This document shows, piece by piece, positions 57,905 through 64,000 of a DNA stretch of 64,000 nucleotides. Every line of letters begins with the position of its first letter. Position 1 is the stretch's first letter. The DNA is from Acidobacteriota bacterium (GTDB lineage Bacteria; Acidobacteriota; UBA890; WLXD01), in assembly GCA_963666055.2 (NCBI GenBank), contig CAXWPH010000006.1, positions 288,001 to 352,000 on the forward strand, read 5' to 3'. The notes beneath the pieces were generated by a model. The model saw only the letters and a program-made list of their open reading frames with translations, did not search any database and was not told the DNA's origin. Both the position numbers and the translations under genes were made by a program.

Positions 57905-58150
57905 GTGTTCTCGAAAACCTCCCAGACGGTCTCGATTCCCAACGCCATGACGAAGCGCCAGGCGCTCGACAGCTTGTTGCCGAGGATCATCCACAGCAGC
58001 GTGTGGAACGCCACCCCGTGGAGCATGTGCGGCACTGTGTACGGATCGGCGAGGTGCTGCGAGTTGCGCATGCTCCAGATGTTGGCTGAGAACAGGTACG
58101 GCTCCCCGCCCTCGCACCAGACGACCCGTGCCATGGCGCCGAGCGCGAGG
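57905..58150 (-). pseudogene. DUF2585-like membrane protein fragment
   Basis: MAR..WC..G...NSQHLADPYT.PH.LHG...WEVFENTP. Confidence 0.7.
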
Positions 58151-58397
58151 GCGGTCGACCGGGGGGCGGGGTGACGGCGCGGCCCACACACATAGTCGGT
58201 CAGTGGCTGAGGAGCTTGACGAAGCGGTAGCCGACCCGGGGCTCGTTTCCTACTCGGACTTCAGTGCGGCGACGGGTACCTCGCCGGCCAGCAGATGAGC
58301 GGCGGCGGACGCCTCAACCCTGATCTGGGCTTCGAATAGGATGCCTCGGAAAACGTTATCTGTCCTAGCAGTCCGTCGTGGAAAGTGACGGGGTCTG

Positions 58398-59486
58398 CTA
58401 GTGTCCTGAGTCAGAAGTTCGCATACAAAATCGGGCGATGGAATCTAGGATCTGGTCGGCAGTCTTGGTCCAGATGAACGGCTGGGACTGAGCATTGGTG
58501 GAGTCGACAAAGCGTTCGATGGCAAGTTCAAGATCGCGGGTAGAGCGATGCACACCGCGCCGGAGTTGCTTCTCGGTCAGAGCGGCGAACCAGCGTTCGA
58601 TCATGTTGAGCCAGGAGGAATAGGTGGGAGTGAAGTGCAGATGGAAACGTGGGCGCTTCACCAACCATTGATGGATCATCGGGCTCTTGTGGGTGGCGTA
58701 ATTGTCCAAGATCAAGTGCACGTCCAGATCCTCGGGCACGGCCTGGTCGATGCACCGGAGGAACTTCCTGAACTCCACGGCACGATGCCGACGATGGCAC
58801 TGGGCAAGGATCTCTCCTGTCTTTGCATCCAGGGCAGCGAATAGGGACGTGGTGCCGTGCCGGACGTAGTCATGGGTGCGGCGCTCGATCTGGCCGGGAC
58901 GCATGGGCAACAGCGGCTGGCTGCGGTTCAGCGCCTGGATCTGAGACTTCTCGTCGACACACAGGACCACGGCCCTTTCGGGAGGACTCAGGTACAGGCC
59001 GACGATGTCACGGACCTTGTCGATGAACAACGGGTCGTTAGACAGCTTGAAGGTCTCGGACCGATGTGGCTGCAGTGCAAAAGCTCTCCAGATCCGGCTG
59101 ACGGCACTCTGGCTCAGACCGCACCGCTGGGCCATGGAACGAGTGGACCAGTGGGTGGCGGCCTGCGGCTGGCTCTCCAGGGTCAGGGTCAGGACTCGTT
59201 CGACGTCCTGGTCGGTGATGGTGCGCTGGGCCCCAGGACGCGGCGCGTCCAGCAACCCGTCGACACCTTGGTCTTGAAACCGCTTGCGCCACTTGCCGAC
59301 CGTCTGGATGGTGATGCCGAGTTGCTCGGCAGCCGTGGTGTTGGAGGAGCCCTCGGCCACGGTGAGGATGATCCGGGCCCTCAAAGCGAGCGCTTGCGCG
59401 CTCTTGGGTCTGCGAACCCAGCGCTGGAGAATGTCGCGATCCTGGTCGTTGAGATCGACCGGCGCGATAGGGCGGCCTCTGGGCAT
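58398..59486 (-). CDS. IS630 transposase
   Basis: [41 protein letters not shown]; start MPRGRP after GGAG. Confidence 0.93.
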   Translation of the reverse strand: MPRGRPIAPVDLNDQDRDILQRWVRRPKSAQALALRARIILTVAEGSSNTTAAEQLGITIQTVGKWRKRFQDQGVDGLLDAPRPGAQRTITDQDVERVLTLTLESQPQAATHWSTRSMAQRCGLSQSAVSRIWRAFALQPHRSETFKLSNDPLFIDKVRDIVGLYLSPPERAVVLCVDEKSQIQALNRSQPLLPMRPGQIERRTHDYVRHGTTSLFAALDAKTGEILAQCHRRHRAVEFRKFLRCIDQAVPEDLDVHLILDNYATHKSPMIHQWLVKRPRFHLHFTPTYSSWLNMIERWFAALTEKQLRRGVHRSTRDLELAIERFVDSTNAQSQPFIWTKTADQILDSIARFCMRTSDSGH

Positions 59487-59563
59487 GAGGTCTCCTGCAG
59501 TGTCGGTAACAGGAAGATGAACCATGCCTTTATTATTAAACGAATTTATAACTCAGGAGACTA
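58399..59563 (-). mobile_element. IS630-family element
   Basis: Inverted ends tagtgtcctgagt / actcaggagacta; CTAG on both sides (58398-58401, 59561-59564). Confidence 0.92.
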
Positions 59564-60739
59564 GCGACCGACCTGCCTTTCGGGAATACGTACCGTCAAC
59601 ATGCCGAACGGGTAGTCACCGAGCTCGAGACGGGCGACCTCTCGTTCTTCAGCGAGCGAGATGATCGAGACGTTGTCGTCGTAACGCGCGCTGGCGTAGC
59701 AGTACCCGCTGTCGAGGCTCGCGGTCACCCAGTAGGGCTCGCGACCGATAGGAATCGTGGCCAGAAGATCCAGCCCTTGCACCGAGACGATCCCAACGTA
59801 GTGTCCCACCGTACTAGCTAGGCAAAGCCGCGTCTCATCGGGCGTCAGCGCTAGACCATGGTGAGCGGTGTGAGGCCAGGTCTTCATGTGCTCTACACCG
59901 TCGGGCACCGGTAGATGGATGGTCTTGGCGACGTGATCGGTTTCCAAGTCGAGTACGACGAACCCGTGTAGCTTGGTGAGTTGAATGAACATCGTTTCTT
60001 CATCAGCCGTTACGGCGAACGGGAGCACGCCTTCATCGAACTGAATCGTCCGGATGACCTCGAACGTACTGGCATCGGCGATCGTGATCTGATCACACAG
60101 TATGCAACCGTTATACACACGATTGCCGTCAGGTGACATGTGCATGCCGTGCGGGCCGATGCCGGTATGGATCTTGCCGACGACTGCGCGCTCGACGGTG
60201 TCGATCACGACTGCGTGGCTCTCGCTGATCACCGAGACGAACAGGTAGCGCCCGTCGTGCGACAAAGCCATGTGATCGGCAATGCCACCCACCGGCAGAC
60301 GCCACAGCAGCTCCTCGGTCGCCGTGCTGAACGCCGCGACGTCGCGGACCTCGTCGCGAGCCACGTACAACACCTCGCCCATGCTCGACGCCACCAGGTC
60401 GTAAACCAGCCCGCCCTCTGGTCGCTGGTCGGCCGGAATGTCGGGCAGCGCGTCGAACTTGCCGATCACCTCGAAGCTCGGCACCTGGATGACGGAGATC
60501 GTCCCCTCCATCCGGTTGGCGACATAGAGCACTTCGATGCCGTCGCTACCCTCGACGGCGGCACTATCTGGACGCGGCCCCGATCCCCACAAAAGCAGGG
60601 GCAGGCACGCCAGCAGCGGCCACGGTTTCCGGGAGAAGGGTCTTTGCGGGTATGTGGGTGCCAAGCTCGGTCCCGTGTGCGTGGGGTTGGTCGACAGCTG
60701 CGATGATAGACTACCCGAAATTCTGCCGCGGCACCTCAT
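59561..60739 (-). CDS. YncE/YVTN-type beta-propeller protein
   Basis: LYVANRMEGTISVI, IHTGIGPHGM..SPDG, HGLALTPD, IPIGREP repeats. Confidence 0.8.
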   Translation of the reverse strand: MRCRGRISGSLSSQLSTNPTHTGPSLAPTYPQRPFSRKPWPLLACLPLLLWGSGPRPDSAAVEGSDGIEVLYVANRMEGTISVIQVPSFEVIGKFDALPDIPADQRPEGGLVYDLVASSMGEVLYVARDEVRDVAAFSTATEELLWRLPVGGIADHMALSHDGRYLFVSVISESHAVVIDTVERAVVGKIHTGIGPHGMHMSPDGNRVYNGCILCDQITIADASTFEVIRTIQFDEGVLPFAVTADEETMFIQLTKLHGFVVLDLETDHVAKTIHLPVPDGVEHMKTWPHTAHHGLALTPDETRLCLASTVGHYVGIVSVQGLDLLATIPIGREPYWVTASLDSGYCYASARYDDNVSIISLAEEREVARLELGDYPFGMLTVRIPERQVGR

Positions 60740-61399
60740 TAGTCGCCCGGTGCGCAGAGTTTCTTGGAAAGCTGTACCGCTCTGGGGGCGTCCTTATAGA
60801 GTGACCGGTAGGATGGCCGGGCATTGTTCCCACGCGGGCGGGCTCTTCGCGTCCCTCCGGCTGTTCCCCGGCCCCGGGGGAAAGGTACCGTTCGCTCTCG
60901 CTCGGCGCAATCGTGGCGAGAACATTGTACGGAATGTGCGAACTCTTGCTGTCTGCAGGATCGATCCTAAAGGACCGATCTGTATTCGACAGAAATTCCC
61001 CCCTACCGTGTTTCGGATCGCGTTACAGGTAGCCACAAGGAAGCTTTCCAGAGGCATTGGGGGCTTCGGCCGAATTAGGATAGAAGGGTCGCGCCAGCGC
61101 GGCCTAGCGCTACTGCCGCCGAGACCGCGGTAGGAAACGGAAGACTAATGAAAAGGCCTAAGCAGAAGACACAGCAGCGAGACAGCAGCAGCTAGAGAAA
61201 CCGACAGCAGAGCCGAAAGCAAAGGGTGGGGCCCCAGTCCTTCGCCTGAGGGCTCGGTTAATGGAAGCGCAATCTGCGAAAATCCGTTGCGCTGTTGCCC
61301 CTCACTCGACCGCAAGAGCCGCCGCGAGCATCGGGGTCGTTCCGATCGCAGGATTGCGAGAAGGTTCGAGGTCATAGTTGGCTCAACACAGCGAGGTGA

Positions 61400-61549
61400 C
61401 TGACGAGATTCTGCGCAGTATTGCCCGCAAGCTGGTGCAGACCGTGCGCGGCGACGTCACGATCGACTGGACGCTGCGGGAGAACGTACGCGCGCAACCT
61501 CCGCATACTGGTTAAGCGGATCCTGCGCAGGCACGGCTACCCGCCCGAC
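61400..61549 (+). pseudogene. type I restriction subunit R C-terminal (DUF3387-like) fragment
   Basis: [32 protein letters not shown] / [16 protein letters not shown], cut by the IS. Confidence 0.75.
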
Positions 61550-61591
61550 AGCGGTGCCTGTCAACGCGGATGAGACGGTGGGTTTCGTAAA

Positions 61592-62596
61592 TTAGTGAGC
61601 ATTCTCCATGCTGGCGGGTTTGTTGATCCAGGCCACGGTGGGCACCGGCGGTGGTTGAGGCACGCTGCTGACGAAGCGCTCGGGCCGCGCGCGGAAGGCC
61701 GCCAGAAGAACTTCGGCGCGCTTGTGCTGGACCGCCTGGGCGAGGCCGTGGTGCATGGTCGCTGGAGTCACCAGGCCGATGCCGGAGTGACGGTGGCAGT
61801 GGTTAAACCAATGGAAGAAGGCGCGGCAGAAGCTGCGAGCCTGCTGGATGGAGTCGAACCGCGCCGGGAACTCCGGCCGGTACTTGAGCGTCCTGAAGTG
61901 AGCCTCCGAGTACGGATTATCCGATGACGTATACGGCCTTGAGTGCGTCTTGGTGACGCCCAGATCAGCGAGCAGGAAGGCAACGGGCTTGGACCTCATC
62001 GAGCTGCCGCGGTCAGCATGCAGGGTGAGTTGGCCAGGCGTGATCCGCTGTTACTCGATGGCCTGGCCGATGAGCTGCTCGGCGAGAGGACCGCTCTCGC
62101 GGTGTTGCACGCTCCACCCGACTACGTAGCGGCTGAACACGTCCAGCACTACGTACAGGTACAAGTAGGTCCACTTGCTGGGCCCCAGCAGTTTCGAGAT
62201 GTCCCAGCTCCACAAGTCGTTGGGCTGTTCAGCCAGCAACTCGGGCTTGTAGTAAGGTGGATGAACGAGCTGGTTGCGTCGCTCCCGGCCCTCGCCCTCG
62301 GCGGCGAGGATTCTGTACATCGTGCGCTCCGAGGCCAGGTAGCGGCCCTCGTCCAACAGCGTCGCCCATACCTGGGCTGGCGCGCAGTCCTGGAACCGCT
62401 CGCTGTGCAGCTCGGCCAGCACCTGCTCGCGCTCCGTGTCCGAGAGTGCCCTGGCAGGCTTCGCTCCAGGACGGCTCACTGTTGGCACGGGTGGCCGACG
62501 TCGTCGATACATCGTTGCTGGCGACACTCCCAGAGACCGGCATGCTGGGCGCGTCCCGATGATGGGCGTGAGCTCCTGGACGGTCTGCTCGATCAT
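61592..62596 (-). pseudogene. IS3 orfB with in-frame TAA at 62051-62053
   Basis: WSWDISKL, DVFSRY, *QRITPGQLTLHADRGSSM, DNPYSEA in one frame. Confidence 0.88.
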
Positions 62597-63090
62597 TTCT
62601 TGGTACTCCCGTTCGCGCCCCTGGGATCGAGCAGATCCCCCAGAAGCGCGGAGACGTTTCCCTGCACTTGGATCACCCGCCGTGCTTTCTCGAGTTCCGC
62701 CTCGGTGCGCTCGAGGCGGCCGCGCAGGTTGGCGATCTTCGCGTCTCGGGGATCCGTCGCCGGTCGACCTCGCTTCTTGGTGAGCGCCACCAGCGCCCCG
62801 GCGTCACGTTGCTTGCGCCACTCCGACAGATGCGACGAGTACAGCCCTTCGCGGCGCAACAGCGAGCCGACCTCGCCGGCCTTGGTGCATCGATCCGCTT
62901 CGCCCACAACGCGAAGCTTGTACTCGGCGTTGAACTTGCGCCGACGCGGGCGTTCCACCAGTTCCGGATCCGGTATCTTCGAGGCGCGATCGTTGGATCT
63001 GCGTCTCCGGTCGCCTACGCGTCCCTCCGCCGCAGATCCAACGACCTGCTTACCTGTTCCGTTATTCTCCAACTCCAACATCTGTGCCAC
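62593..63090 (-). CDS. IS3 orfA
   Basis: RRKFNAEYKLRV...LLRREGLYSSHL.EWR. Confidence 0.85.
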   Translation of the reverse strand: MAQMLELENNGTGKQVVGSAAEGRVGDRRRRSNDRASKIPDPELVERPRRRKFNAEYKLRVVGEADRCTKAGEVGSLLRREGLYSSHLSEWRKQRDAGALVALTKKRGRPATDPRDAKIANLRGRLERTEAELEKARRVIQVQGNVSALLGDLLDPRGANGSTKK

Positions 63091-63256
63091 TCCGAGCCGC
63101 CCCGTGGGTCAGTAATTATCCAACTTCCATCGTCTCACCCCACGTTGGCAGAGAGGGCAGGCAGGAACAGGCGTCGCGTACGGTCCAGGAGTTCCTGTCT
63201 GCACAGTGAGCTGCCTTAGTCGTTGGGGTCGGCAACCTGGCTCAAAAGCGGCAGTC

Positions 63257-64000
63257 AGAGGTGGACCCCATCCTTTGGACAGGTTTGGGTCACAGCTAAG
63301 GTGGAATCCGGGTTCATGATTCAGGCTGCCTTGGGCTGACAGGAGACGGGGCGTAGCCCCAGGCTCCTTTCAGCCCCGTCGTCAGTGTACGCCTCCTCGG
63401 GCGTCCGGTCGTCGAGCGACGAGTGCGGTCGGCGCTCGTTGTAGAAGTCCATCCAGCAGCCGATCCCGGCCCGAGCCTCGGAGCCAGTCGCGTACTCTGA
63501 CAGATAGACTTGCTCGTATTTCAGTGATCGCCACAGCCGCTCGATGAAGACGTTGTCCATCCAGCGGCCCTTGCCGTCCATGGAGATCCGAATGCCGGCC
63601 TCCTTGAGCGCGTCGGTGAAGTCGACGCTGGTGAATTGGCTACCCTGATCAGTGTTGAAGATCTCGGGCGCACCGTAGCGCTCGAGAGCCTCTTGCAAGG
63701 CCTCGACGCAGAAGCTCGCATCGAGCGTGTTGGACAGGCGCCAGGACAGCACCTTGCGGCTCGCCCAGTCCATCACCGCAACCAGGTACAGAAAACCTCG
63801 CTGCAGCGGGATGTAGGTCACATCCGCACACCAAACGTGGTTCGGTCGCGTGATCTGCAGATCGCCCAGCAGGTAGGGATAGATCCTGTGCTCCGGGTGC
63901 GGCTGAGACGTCCTGGGCCGCTGGAAGATAGCTTGCAACCGCAGCAGCCGCATCAGGCGCAGGTTCAACGGGTCTCGCCCTTGCCCTCGTAGTAGAACGA
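63257..64000 (-). mobile_element. IS3-family element, orfB with internal deletion, runs off window
   Basis: WCADVTY, FNTDQGSQF, DNVFIERLWRSLKYE; terminus at 63257; LNLRLMR joined directly to LLRLQAI. Confidence 0.85.

Larger units (their letters stand above)
61550..63159 (-). mobile_element. IS3-family element
   Basis: Imperfect IRs ..tgtcaacgcggatgagac / gtctcaccccacgttggca..; orfA plus orfB. Confidence 0.85.

Noticed and set aside
1286-62053. Stop-codon reassignment suggested by in-frame stops (1286 TAG, 53416 TAA, 62051 TAA, terminase fragment TAG)
   Set aside because: The stops are of different types, fall in decayed genes that also carry frameshifts, and TAG terminates many intact genes here.

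Overview
A GC-rich bacterial accessory region. The multi-copy Ser/Thr kinase/TolB-propeller genes, Oar-type TonB receptors and DUF5916 genes suggest Acidobacteriota, but that is inference. No rRNA, intact tRNA or CRISPR array was found. 0.9-10.8 kb is a tandem array of three kinase/beta-propeller genes (one with a nonsense codon, one frameshifted) plus orphan kinase 3' ends. 11-33.6 kb holds mostly exported redox and uptake genes mixed with gene fragments: a sulfite-oxidase-like enzyme, a spermidine-dehydrogenase-like enzyme, a Tat-signal Rieske oxygenase, a TonB receptor, an IorAB-like pair, a PQQ dehydrogenase-cytochrome c fusion, DUF5916 and a PuuB-like oxidase. 34.4-41.1 kb is a capsid-less phage-satellite-like element (integrase, HTH, AlpA/Xis, DnaB-N/AAA helicase, iteron origin, TerS-like, TerL) bounded by 3' halves of two different tRNAs. 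41-64 kb is a dense field of IS3/IS630/IS110 elements and spliced gene fragments around a few intact genes. The most notable unexplained structure is that the DNA at the kinase genes' start (a promoter-leader, 5 copies) and end (an identical 24-bp terminus, 4 copies) recurs away from intact kinases. These copies bracket unrelated genes as direct or inverted repeats, which hints at kinase-terminus-mediated cassette shuffling. Assembly artefact remains an alternative explanation. All product calls rest on motif recognition by eye; no database searches were run.
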